From positions 48,632 through 112,631 of the forward strand of contig NIVC01003195.1 of assembly GCA_002269645.1 (NCBI GenBank): a stretch of DNA of 64,000 bases, written 5' to 3'. Both the position numbers and the translations under genes were made by a program. The notes under the pieces are model-generated. The model did no database searches. It was given only the letters and a program-made list of their open reading frames with translations, and was not told the DNA's origin. Source of the DNA: Macrostomum lignano (lineage: Eukaryota). Positions 48,577 through 59,770 of the stretch are shown piece after piece (positions within the stretch are counted from its first letter, which is position 1; each line of letters starts with the position of its first letter).

Positions 48577-50841
48577 ATGGAGACAACAGCCAGGCGGCCT
48601 AGCAATTGCGGCGCCGCCTCCGGCACAGTGGCGGCAGTTGCAGCTGCCTCCGCAGTCAAGGCGGGCGGCGTCAGTGGAGGACTTGGCACTAAAAGTGCAC
48701 CATCCCCGCCATCAGCATCAAACAATGGCGACGATTTATATGTTGTTGGCAAAATTCTAGCCGAGAAAACTGAGAATGGCATGTCTTATTTTAAAGTTCG
48801 CTGGAAAAATTATCCGCCATCGAATGACACCTGGGAGCCTGAGGACAATTTAACAGTTGTATCCGATATGATTCAAGCCTTCCGATCGGCTCGAGCCAGT
48901 AAGCTCAGCAGCGGCAGCAGCAGCAATCGGGCATCGACTGGCGGCAATAGTAACAGCAGCAATAGCAGCGGCAGCAGAAAGCGTCCAGCGCCAAAGCGAT
49001 GGGATCAAGGCTCCTCAACAACGGCAGCGGCGGCAGCAATGCATTTGCCAACAACTGGCGGTGGGTCGGCAAAGACTAACAAATTGGTGGACAGTCTGGA
49101 CGAAAATCGGCCAAAATCCCGGCGTCGGCTGAACGGTGGCAGCGGAGTTAGCGTCGGCCGAGAGAGCGAGGACGCATCGGCCGAGGACACAACCGGGGAG
49201 GAGGGCAATTCAAACAATTCCGAAGGCGGCAGCAGTTTCGCTAACTCAATTGGCTCGTCGAGCACTTTAGAAATCGAAGGCAAACCGACTGTCTCGGCTG
49301 CCGCTGCAACAACTGGAAGCGGCGGACAAGTTTTGAAAGACTCAACAATAGCGTCTGCCGCCACGGTTGGAGAGTCAGTGCAACCGCCAACGCCTACGCA
49401 GCAATCCGCTTCGTCGGCGTCATCAACAAAGCCATCGCAGCATCAGTCGCCGCTGCTGGCGGATTTGCTCGGTTCCGCTAAGCGAGACTCAACCGCCGCT
49501 GCGACAGCCTCTGCCTCGGCCTCGGCCGCAGCTTCAGCCGCTGGCGACGCCTCCGATGAACGATCAGACAAAGCGGCGTCCGCGACCGCCTCGGCGGTGT
49601 CCTCGACGCCGACTCCGCCGCCTCCGCCGCAGCAACAACAGCAGCCGTCGACATCATCGTCAGCGTCGGTCTCAACGACGCCAATCGAAGAGACAGCGGC
49701 CGACTTTCGCTACGTAGCTAATCAGGCTGAACTGCTGCGCGCTCACCTAGCCGGACAGGCTGCCCGACTGCCGCCAAACCGGCCGCCTCCGCTATCCTGG
49801 CCGCTGCTCTGCCGAGCGGTTGAACGAGGCGACTGGCCGGCTGTTAGCCGGACCGTCAGCCAGCAGGAGCCGCAGCTGACTATAGCAGACTTGCAGCGGC
49901 TTCTCTGTTTAGCCGTGGCCCGCGGTCACGCTTGCATAGTTGATTTGTTACTAGATACGGCTGGCACCGTGGCTCACCTATCAGAGACTATAGACATTGA
50001 TTGTCGCTCCTCCGAGTCCGGTCTAACACTGCTAATGCTGGCAGTTGAACGAGACTCGCCGGCATTAGTTCATCGCCTGTTGCTAGCCGGCGCCGATCCC
50101 AATTTGCTTTGTCCGGCCGGCAATTCCACTTTGCAGCGTGCTATTAAGCTGCGCAAGCCGCATTTAGTAGACGCATTGTGCAGCCTTGGCGGTGTCGATT
50201 TTGGTGTAGAAACCTGCGAAGGTCAAACTCCGCTACGGTACGCCAGGCGCGCTTGTCCTCAAAGTGCAGCCGTACTGCAATTGTACGTTGGCCATCTGTG
50301 CCGGACTATGCACGACCATCTGGCCGATCATCTGGCTAGGCTAGGCTTCGCTCCTGCGGCGCTATTATTTGCTCCACGCTACCTGCGACCACAGCCAGGC
50401 CTTGTGTGCCAGGTGCGCTTTCGCCTGCCCGAAGAGGAGGCCTCCAAATATGGCCACGCCGTCGCCCTGCTGCACTGCCGTCAGCGTCCCTGCTCGGCCT
50501 TGATGCGCCGTCAGCCTTGCCCGGATCCAATTTCAATGCACTGCTGGCTATCCGACGGGCCCTGCTTAGTTGAATCTGTTCAGCTCAATGGCGCTATTCA
50601 ACGATCTCTAACAGCCTGCGGCGCACCGTTTCTTACTGCGCTAACCGGTCCAACAGCTGGCGAGAATTGCTTGCGCATCGCTTTTCCCAGATCCTCCGCT
50701 TCAGCTTGCGTTGCCGGCGAGGCGGCGGAACTTCGCTCTACACTGGCCAGCTCCTCCGCGTCTGCCGGCCTGTGCGGCCTCAGAATTGGCGTGTTCGCCT
50801 TCCGCCTGTCCGCACTGCCGCCCGCTGGTGCAGCGGACTGA
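48577..50841 (+). CDS. MPHOSPH8: Chromodomain + ankyrin-repeat protein, M-phase phosphoprotein 8 (MPP8, HUSH subunit)-like, 754 aa, intronless
   Basis: The chromodomain LYVVGKIL..YFKVRWKNYPPSNDTWEPEDNL has the aromatic cage residues. A long low-complexity linker leads to ankyrin repeats (GLTLLMLAV..LLLAGADPN, GQTPLRYA). The C-terminal motifs GPCLVESVQLN, GENCLRI and LRIGVFAFRL correspond to the recalled human MPP8 motifs GPCSVQAVVLN, GPNKLFI and LLIGAYRV. Confidence 0.85.
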   Translation: METTARRPSNCGAASGTVAAVAAASAVKAGGVSGGLGTKSAPSPPSASNNGDDLYVVGKILAEKTENGMSYFKVRWKNYPPSNDTWEPEDNLTVVSDMIQAFRSARASKLSSGSSSNRASTGGNSNSSNSSGSRKRPAPKRWDQGSSTTAAAAAMHLPTTGGGSAKTNKLVDSLDENRPKSRRRLNGGSGVSVGRESEDASAEDTTGEEGNSNNSEGGSSFANSIGSSSTLEIEGKPTVSAAAATTGSGGQVLKDSTIASAATVGESVQPPTPTQQSASSASSTKPSQHQSPLLADLLGSAKRDSTAAATASASASAAASAAGDASDERSDKAASATASAVSSTPTPPPPPQQQQQPSTSSSASVSTTPIEETAADFRYVANQAELLRAHLAGQAARLPPNRPPPLSWPLLCRAVERGDWPAVSRTVSQQEPQLTIADLQRLLCLAVARGHACIVDLLLDTAGTVAHLSETIDIDCRSSESGLTLLMLAVERDSPALVHRLLLAGADPNLLCPAGNSTLQRAIKLRKPHLVDALCSLGGVDFGVETCEGQTPLRYARRACPQSAAVLQLYVGHLCRTMHDHLADHLARLGFAPAALLFAPRYLRPQPGLVCQVRFRLPEEEASKYGHAVALLHCRQRPCSALMRRQPCPDPISMHCWLSDGPCLVESVQLNGAIQRSLTACGAPFLTALTGPTAGENCLRIAFPRSSASACVAGEAAELRSTLASSSASAGLCGLRIGVFAFRLSALPPAGAAD

Positions 50842-52624
50842 CGTTTTTATACATACACACCGATTTCTCTCTATATATATATTGTTAGAGATACCAATTC
50901 TGTTATCCATGCTTTACATTAGCTAATTATTAGTTTTGTTATTTGTTTGTTTTTTAGCTTATGATGACATCTTTTCTCTCTGTTATCTTTATATCTCTTC
51001 GCTGTTTGTAGGCCTATGCTCGGTAGAGTTTGTCTGTTTGTCTCTCTGTTTATTGATCATTAACATGTTCATTGGCAGCAGCACGGTGGTTTCCCCATTG
51101 TTTTACTAGTAAAATAGCGAATTCATACAGACTTAACCATATAAACTCCTAACTATATATGCATATATGTCATTCTCGGTTTCTCCATTTTTATCGACCC
51201 ACTTCTGAGTGGAGTGATGCGACACCATGGTTTCTTTACGGTAATGATAATCTTAATTATCCTTCTATGTGTGAAAGATCTTTTTCCAGCTTCCTTCTCG
51301 CCAATGCGATTCGTTTGTTTGACTCATAGATACTAGAGTAACCAGATATTATGTCACTCGCAATTTAAACCTGTGTAAAGTAGAGTGTCTACTTTTTTCA
51401 GTAGTTTGTTAGCGCATTGTCGCTTAAATTTAATTTGGCTGCTAATATTTCCTTTCCTTCCTCGAGGCTTGCGGCCTCGGAGGCATAATGGGTTAAGAAT
51501 GAAAAATTAGCAATTAACCTGATGTACACAAGTAAACGCAAGACAAACGAAGCACAGCCTACGGGGGCAGGCCCAACCTAGCTCAGCCAATAAGAGAGCA
51601 GTAAGGAGAGAGGTCAAAGTCAGACGGACGAAGCTCAGGCTTAAGGGGTAGACCCGATCTCGCTCAGCCAATGAGAGAGCAGTAAGAAAAGAGGTCAAAG
51701 TGAGTCACGAGCGGGAAAGAGGAAAGCCCAACTGTTTATGGGTCTGGCTGGGGCGCCACACCCTTTCTCTCTTGCTGGCTATGCACACTCACTGGATTTG
51801 GGTGCAGCTTTAAACAAGGTGATGATGCTACTTTGATGGGTATACTTGTAGGAAGCAAAAGACGATTGTTGCAGCATCAAAAACTTGTAAATAGTTTGTA
51901 AAATTTAATGCAAAAATGCTAATTTTGCTACTCAAAACAGAGTCCATCAGCGTATTTTTTACGAGTGATACATCTAGTTATTCTACTATCTGTGGCTCAA
52001 CTGAATCTACGTCGGGTGTATTGTATTGTTCAAGTTTAACTAGCTCATCTCCTTATTTGCCGTCCGTAGTTCGTACACCTATTTATTACTGGTTAGGAAA
52101 TGAGGCTTAGCTTAGCTAGGTCTTGCGTATTATTTTATATAACCTGAATACATATAATAATTATGATGAAGCAAAGCAATAGAAGCTATTAGTAGATCAT
52201 TTTCGCAGCTTTTTGCATCAGATGATGTCATGTAATACTGTTAGTAGTAGTAGGTCGAAGTAGTTAGCATGAATCGTTGGATTTCGTGTTCTATGAGTTT
52301 TAATGTTCTTTAAAAATGTAGAAAGTTATAGTATAATGTTCCAGTTATCAGAATGGGAATGGACACAAAACAATTCATAAATTCACCTTATAACTTGAAT
52401 CGAATACTAGAGATGTTTACTTTAAGTATTCGAAATTTGCACTTGTAATTAAAAATGCTTTTGTTTATATAGTTCCATTCTATGCACCGATGTGAAGAAT
52501 GCGCGTACGCTGCTTAAAATTTTATAGCAAATGTATACGAGATATGCATTAATTCGCACTGTTCTTTTCATGCGCAACTGTGTACAGGGGTGAATATTTT
52601 GGCCTTCATTTCATTAATGTACTC

Positions 52625-52765
52625 TGTCTTTGTCTCTGTCTGTCTGGCCTGCCTGTCTGTCTGTCTGTCTGTTTGTCTGCCTGCCTGTCTGTCTGTCTTA
52701 GTGTCTTAGTGTCTGTCTGCCTGCCTGCCTGTCTGGCTGTCTGTCTGTCTGTCTGTCTGCCTGCC

Positions 52766-52822
<57 letters not shown>

Positions 52823-52877
52823 GCCTGCCTGTCTGTCTTAGTGTCTGTCCGTCTGTCTGTCTGTCTGCCTTCCTGCC

Positions 52878-52921
<44 letters not shown>

Positions 52922-52953
52922 GGTCTGCCTTCCTGCCTGTCTGTCTGTCTGCC

Positions 52954-53034
<81 letters not shown>

Positions 53035-53090
53035 GCCTACCTGCCTGCCTGTCTGCCTGCCTGCCTGCCTGCCTGCCTGCTTGCCTGTCT
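52625..53090. repeat. (TGTC)n/(TGCC)n microsatellite
   Basis: Visible periodicity. Confidence 0.97.
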
Positions 53091-54239
53091 CTATGAATTG
53101 TTGGCGCACCTTTTCTTTATCTAGTTTGCTTTAATTGTGCCTTAAATCTATAAACAAATTCTGAGGACTAGCTATTGTAATAATATGCTTTTTAACTAAT
53201 TGTAGTGTTAATGTTAACTCCCTGTCCCTTGCGCTTGCTTCTGGGGTGTTGTTTGTGTTCTAGTAGCGCACACTTCTTATTAGCTGTTACAAATATTACT
53301 GAATTATAAATGTTAATTGAGGGGCTCGGTAATATTTTGGCCAGTACAATGTCTTCATATAGTTATCTATTGTTAAGCCATTAGCAGTCTCCCCCAAGCC
53401 TAATTATTATTATTAATTATGAAAACAGCGTGTATCGGTGCTGCAATTTCTATTTTTTTTTCTATTGTTTGTCCCAGTTTACCGTGTCTGTTCGTGCGGT
53501 TTCTCTACTGAATTAAACTGTTTAATTTGTTTCCATTTCTATTGCTGTTTTTTAGATCTTCTTCTTCTGGCTGTCAAGAGTTTTTTATAACTAATATTTT
53601 CTCTTCCCTTCTTTGATGCAGTTGAACCAGGCAGATAGAGAGAGCGGCAGTTGCGGTGGTGTCTGTAGCTTTGGTAGTTATTTGCATAGTGATTTAGTAA
53701 GATCATAGTTCAGTGTTATCAAGTCCTTAGAGGCGCTAATTATAGTTCTAACAGGTTTAGAAATTTATATGATACACTGATGACCGCTTATTAATTGATG
53801 CTTTTGAACTGTTAATTATGTCATTATAACCAATTATTGTCTCGTATTCATATTATATATATCTTATATCTATTGCCCTCCTTACTACACTAAGCTAATA
53901 ATCTGCATTGACAGTAAACTTGATCTTTATTAAAGCTTGACAGAAGCGGTCATGTTCGTTGATCATGTTGAAAAAATTGTGCTTTTTCTATTAAATGCAG
54001 CAAATTTAATTTCCCTGGCTATTTGCTCCACCCGCCCACCAGCCTTCTGTAATTTCACTTGCAAAAAGTAAATCCTCAGTTACTCATATTAATAAACATA
54101 ATATACACTTGCGTGTGTTTTGTACACGTTTCAATTTTTGGATTCGGCAGTCGGTTCTGTTTCGTCTAAGTTATTAAAAGCATTTTTATTAGCAGTTTAT
54201 ATGAAAACAAGTAGATTTCCTCGGAATATCATTGAGTCA

Positions 54240-54978
54240 TAGACCAAAAGTCTATCATCGATTCATAGCCCAGAAGTCTATAATTGATTCATAGCCCAAA
54301 AGTCTATCATTGATTCATAGCCCAAAAGTCTATCATTGATTCATAGCCCAAAAGTCTATCATTGATTCATAGCCCAAAAGTCTATCATTGATTCATAGCC
54401 CAAAAGTCTATCATTGATTCATAGCCCAAAAGTCTATCATTGATTCATAGCCCAAAAGTCTATCATTGATTCATAGCCCAAAAGTCTATTATTGATTCAT
54501 AGCCCAAAAGTCTATCATTGATTCATAGCCCAAAAGTCTATTATTGATTCATAGCCCAAAAGTCTATCATTGATTCATAGCCCAAAAGTCTATTATTGAT
54601 TCATAGCCCAAAAGTCTATCATTGATTCATAGCCCAAAAGTCTATTATTGATTCATAGCCCAAAAGTCTATCATTGATTCATAGCCCAAAAGTCTATTAT
54701 TGATTCATAGCCCAAAAGTCTATTATTGATTCATAGCCCAAAAGTCTATCATTGATTCATAGCCCAAAAGTCTATTATTGATTCATAGCCCAAAAGTCTA
54801 TCATTGATTCATAGCTCAAAAGTCTATCATTGATTCATAGCCCAAAAGTCTATCATTGATTCATAGCCCAAAAGTCTATCATTGATTCATAGCCCAAAAG
54901 TCTATCATTGATTCATAGCCCAAAAGTCTATCATCGATTCATAGCTCAAAAGTCTATCATTGATTCATAGCCCAAAAG
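54240..54978. repeat. 26-bp minisatellite (CCCAAAAGTCTATCATTGATTCATAG), about 28 copies
   Basis: Direct tandem copies. Confidence 0.97.
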
Positions 54979-54979
54979 T

Positions 54980-55830
54980 CCCAAAAGTCTGATTGAGTCA
55001 ACTCAAAAGTCTGATTGAGTCAGCTCAAAAGTCTGATTGAGTCAACTCAAAAGTCTGATTGAGTCAGCTCAAAAGTCTGATTGAGTCAACTCAAAAGTCT
55101 GATTGAGTCAACTCAAAAGTCTGATTGAGTCAGCTCAAAAGTCTGATTGAGTCAACTCAAAAGTCTGATTGAGTCAGCTCAAAAGTCTGATTGAGTCAAC
55201 TCAAAAGTCTGATTGAGTCAGCTCAAAAGTCTGATTGAGTCAACTCAAAAGTCTGATTGAGTCAGCTCAAAAGTCTGATTGAGTCAACTCAAAAGTCTGA
55301 TTGAGTCAACTCAAAAGTCTGATTGAGTCAGCTCAAAAGTCTGATTGAGTCAACTCAAAAGTCTGATTGAGTCAGCTCAAAAGTCTGATTGAGTCAACTC
55401 AAAAGTCTGATTGAGTCAGCTCAAAAGTCTGATTGAGTCAACTCAAAAGTCTGATTGAGTCAGCTCAAAAGTCTGATTGAGTCAGCTCAAAAGTCTGATT
55501 GAGTCAGCTCAAAAGGTCTGATTGAGTCAGCTCAAAAGTCTGATTGAGTCAACTCAAAAAGTCTGATTGAGTCAGCTCAAAAGTCTGATTGAGTCAGCTC
55601 AAAAGGTCTGATTGAGTCAACTCAAAAGTCTGATTGAGTCAACTCAAAAGTCTGATTGAGTCAACTCAAAAGTCTGATTGAGTCAACTCAAAAAGTCTGA
55701 TTGAGTCAGCTCAAAAGTCTGATTGAGTCAACTCAAAAGTCTGATTGAGTCAGCTCAAAAAGTCTGATTGAGTCAGCTCAAAAGTCTGATTGAGTCAGCT
55801 TAAAAGTCTGATTGAGTCAGCTTAAAAGTC
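54980..55830. repeat. 22-bp minisatellite (CTCAAAAGTCTGATTGAGTCAG/A), about 38 copies
   Basis: Direct tandem copies abutting the 26-bp array. Confidence 0.97.
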
Positions 55831-56087
55831 TCATTGAGTCGCAGCCCATAAGTCCCAAAAAGTCTCATTGAGTCATAGCCCATAAATCTCATTGAGTCAT
55901 AAGCCCAAAGGTGTATCCAAAAAAGTGGTAGACGAAAAGCACAATCTATAATTGATAAAAATATCCAGCTATTTTAAAGTACACTTTAATAACATAGTTC
56001 ATTATCATAGAAAGAAGATGTTTTCCATTAGCTCCTGATAATTAATTGGCCCTTAATTAAATATGTGAATGCATGCTTGTCAACAGC

Positions 56088-56504
56088 ATGGCCTTGCTAG
56101 GAGTTCCATCTAAACTGTTGCACGAAGCCGAAGGTCACGTGATCACATGCGAGATGGACACAGGCGAGATGTACCGCGGCATGCTAGTAGAAGCCGAGGA
56201 GAATATGAACTGCCAGATGTCGGACGTCACGGTCACATTCCGCGACGGTCGCGTTGCTCATCTGGAAAACATTTTCCTGCGCGGCTCAAAAGCTCGATTC
56301 TTCATTCTGCCCGACATGCTTAAAAATGCGCCAATGTTTAAACGAACTACCGGCACTAAAGGCTTAGGCATGGGCCGCGGCAAGACTATGATGCACCGCG
56401 GCCGGGGCGGATTCCGCGGCGGACGAGGCGGCGGCGGTGGCAGTCGAGGCGGCGGCGGAGGCGGTCGCGGTGGTGGTCGAGGCGGCGGTCGAGGCGGTTA
56501 TTAG
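56088..56504 (+). CDS. SNRPD3: Small nuclear ribonucleoprotein Sm D3, intronless, with RG-rich tail
   Basis: [74 protein letters not shown] followed by an RGG tail. An acceptor-like CAACAG sits 1 nt before the ATG at 56088. Confidence 0.93.
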   Translation: MALLGVPSKLLHEAEGHVITCEMDTGEMYRGMLVEAEENMNCQMSDVTVTFRDGRVAHLENIFLRGSKARFFILPDMLKNAPMFKRTTGTKGLGMGRGKTMMHRGRGGFRGGRGGGGGSRGGGGGGRGGGRGGGRGGY

Positions 56505-57058
56505 CTGGGGGATTTTCGCGATCTAAATATCAACGAGGCAGCGATGGTACCCCGGTTTGGCTTGGATTGCATTTTCACCCCGCGGCCCGCTATTGCTATT
56601 GCTATAATAATTAATTAATCAGTGATTCATGCGGGCTTATCGAAGGTTTCCCTTGCTGCTAGTTCCGTTTCTGTTTTGCTATCTATAATCTGTTTGAATA
56701 GTCCTGAATCCTGTTCCATCGGTAAATATATTACAGGGTCTTATTAATTCAATTGTATTGGCGATAATTAGTGTTTTATTGTTTGTTCAAATAAAATTAA
56801 TTATTGTGAACTCAATTTAACAAAGGCAACAGTTGCACTTTATATAATATTAATATTGTGCATATGTGCGACTTGGATACGTTTGGCTTTTTACTGTTTA
56901 TCTTTGTTAGTTGCATTTACTAGTCGAAAAAATGTAAGGAAATAATTAGTAGCCTTTGTATTATGCGTAGCTTATATTTTCATTAAATTATAGCACGAAT
57001 GCCATTGATTCATGCGCTTGGCCTTTTTCTTTTGACCTTTAAAGAAAACAGCAGAAAA

Positions 57059-59516
57059 ATGGAAGAAAACGGCCAGAAAAAAGTCATGAGCGCCAGATGG
57101 GAGGTGCCTCTGAGCGATAGGGTGCATGTTGTGCAGTTTGACCATGGTACGACCTCGGGCCGGAGGGCCATCTTTCTTAACGGAGAGGTAAGGTTTGAAT
57201 GCCGAAGTCCCGTGTCTTAATTCAATCCCAAAAAATGCTAGATCGCTTTCACAAGCTCGAAATTTCACATTGTCGAAAGTCTTGTTTGTCGGACGTCACA
57301 ACCATAAGCTTGGAAACCGAAAGGTTAGAGAAGGTTAGAGATTTTGAAGGTTAGGGATTGTGAAGATTCGAGCTTGTGAAGGTTAAATATTGTGAAGGTT
57401 AGAGATTGTGAATGTTCAAGCTTGTGAAGGTTAAATATTGTGAAGGTTTGAGATTGTGAATGTTTGAGATTGCGAAGGTTAAAGATTGTGAAGGTTAGAA
57501 ATTGTGAATGTTCGAGATTGTGAATGTTCGAGATTGTGAATGTTCGAGATTGTGAAGGTTAGAGATTGTAAATGTTAGAGATTGTGAATGTTAGAGATTG
57601 TGAATGTTAGAGATTGTGAAGGTTAGAGATTGTGAATGTTCGAGATTGTGAATGTTCGAGATTGTGAATGTTAGAGATTGTGAATGTTTGAGATTGTGAA
57701 TGTTAGAGATTGTGAATGTTAGAGATTGTGAAGGTTGGAAATTGTGAATGTTAGAGATTGTGAAGGTTAGAGATTGTGAATGTTCAAGTTCAAGATTGTG
57801 AATGTTCGAGATTGTGAAGGTTGGAAATTGTGAATGTTTGAGATTGTGAATGTTTGAGATTGTGAAGGTTCGAGATTGTGAAGGTTTGAGCTTGTGAAGG
57901 TTTGAGCTTGTGAAGGTTAAATATTGTGAATGTTTGAGATTGTGAATGTTTAAGATTGTGAAGGTTCGAGATTGTGAAGGTTCGAGCTTGTGAAGGTTCG
58001 AGATTGTGAATGTTTGAGATTGTGAATGTTTAAGATTGTGAAGGTTTGAGCTTGTGAAGGTTTGAGCTTGTGAAGGTTAAATATTGTGAATTTTTGAGAT
58101 TGTGAAGGTTCGAGATTGTGAAGGTTCGAGATTGTGAATGTTCGAGATTGTGAATGTTTGAGATTGTGAATGTTTGAGATTGTGAAGGTTTGAGATTGTG
58201 GATGTTCGAGATTGTGAATGTTAAAGATTGTGAATGTTTGAGATTGTGAATGTTTGAGATTGTGAAGGTTAGAGATTGTGAAGGTTAGAGATTGTGAAGG
58301 TTAGATCTTGTGAAGGTTCGAGCTTGTGAAGGTTAGAGCTTGTGAAGGTTAGATATTGTGAAGGTTCGAGCTTGTGCGAGATTCTGTCTGAACGCTATCT
58401 AAGATGCCCTCCCTCGTGCTCCGCATTTCTCCGCCAGTGCATCAAGCGCGAAGACTTCATGTTCAAGCTAGTTGGCATTGAGCATTTCAAAATCGGCAGC
58501 ACTCCCTGCACAATTGAAATCGTCGCAGCAGACGATTTTAATTATCATTATAAACTGTTGGTGAATGGCAAATCCGTGCAGAGCTTCAGCGAGAACCAGG
58601 CGCGCATTCTCAAATGCTGGCTGCCTATTATTGATGGCGAGTTCGTGAGAATTGTACTGGAGAAGGATTCGCTTGATGTCTACGTTGATGGAAAAGTCGT
58701 TGAGACAGCTGTGAGTTTCCTGGGCTCTATCTTGATCCCTATCATTTTATTTCTGGCCAGTTTTGTCAGATCCCAGACTGTTGTCTCCTCCAAGATCCTC
58801 ATTTGCTGTTCCACCTGCCTCCCAGATCCTCAGTTGCTGTTCCACCAGCCTCCCAGATCCTCAGTTTCTGTTCCACCAGCCTCCCAGATCCTCAGTTTCT
58901 GTTCCACCAGCCTCCCAGATCCTCAGTTTCTGTTCCACCAGCCTCCCAGATCCTCAGTTTCTGTTCCACCAGCCTCCCAGATCCTCAGTTTCTGTTCCAC
59001 CAGCCTCCCAGATCCTCAGTTTCTGTTCCACCAGCCTCCCAGATCCTCAGTTTCTGTTCCACCAGCCTCCCAGATCCTCAGTTTCTGTTCCACCAGCCTC
59101 CCAGATCCTCAGTTTCTGTTCCACCAGCCTCCCAGATCCTCAGTTTCTGTTCCACCAGCCTCCCAGATCCTCAGTTCTTGGGTCATCGCCATCCTCACAT
59201 GCCTTGAGCCTTAATGTTTAGACGGATTTGATTTACTATAGAAGAAAGTCTTGCTACTTTATCAGCCTGACGAAGACCCCATTCCCACAATATCCCACAT
59301 CCCCAGGGCGAGTTCACAGACGAAGGCACTGAGACGCACTTTACAGTAGGCGATCATGCCTGCTTCATCCGTGCCGTGTCTAGCGGCAAGCGGCGCACAG
59401 GCATTATACAGACTTTGTTCATTGACGACCACGAGGTGACTGAAGCGGCCGTCGATCAGTCGTGGTTAGTTTTTTACACAATTGTGCGCCTTTTAGCTAC
59501 TGTACGGAGTGGTTAA
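57059..59516 (+). CDS. FAIM: Fas apoptotic inhibitory molecule (FAIM1 family). Exons 57059-57187, 58438-58710, 59307-59516 (the last exon could instead splice at 59464)
   Basis: WEVPLSDRVHVVQFDHGTTSGRRAIFLNGE / REDFMFKLVG..RIVLEKDSLDVYVDG / GEFTDEGTETHF..AVSSGKRRTGII. All junctions are phase-0 GT/AG. Confidence 0.93.
57320..58372. repeat. 16-bp minisatellite (GAGATTGTGAATGTTC), FAIM intron 1
   Basis: About 65 degenerate tandem copies. Confidence 0.95.
58780..59175. repeat. 31-bp minisatellite (CCAGATCCTCAGTTTCTGTTCCACCAGCCTC), FAIM intron 2
   Basis: About 12 tandem copies. Confidence 0.96.
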
Positions 59517-59576
59517 CTGGCGCAATTGATTGTCAGTGACATTTGACTGCCACAAATTGACTGCAAATTTAGTCCT

Positions 59577-59770
59577 TACCCTAACCTAATCCCAATCCCT
59601 AACCTAATCCCAGACCGTAACCTAATCCCAATCCCTAACCTAATCCCAATCCCAAACCTAATCCCAATCCCTAACCTAATCCCAATCCCTAACCTAATCC
59701 CAATCCCTAACCTAATCCCAATCCCTAACCTAATCCCAATCCCTAACCTAATCCCAAACCCTAAACTAAA
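59577..59770. repeat. 18-bp telomere-like repeat (CCCTAACCTAATCCCAAT)
   Basis: About 10 copies, each containing CCCTAA and CCTAA. Confidence 0.9.

Noticed and set aside
58342-59221. 290-aa ORF and PPASQILS repeat ORFs
   Set aside because: Only 58438-58710 is FAIM exon 2. The rest is read-through into repeats in the flanking introns.
59577-59770. True telomere or chromosome-end fusion
   Set aside because: The array is a short, composite 18-bp unit embedded between genes, not pure (TTAGGG)n.
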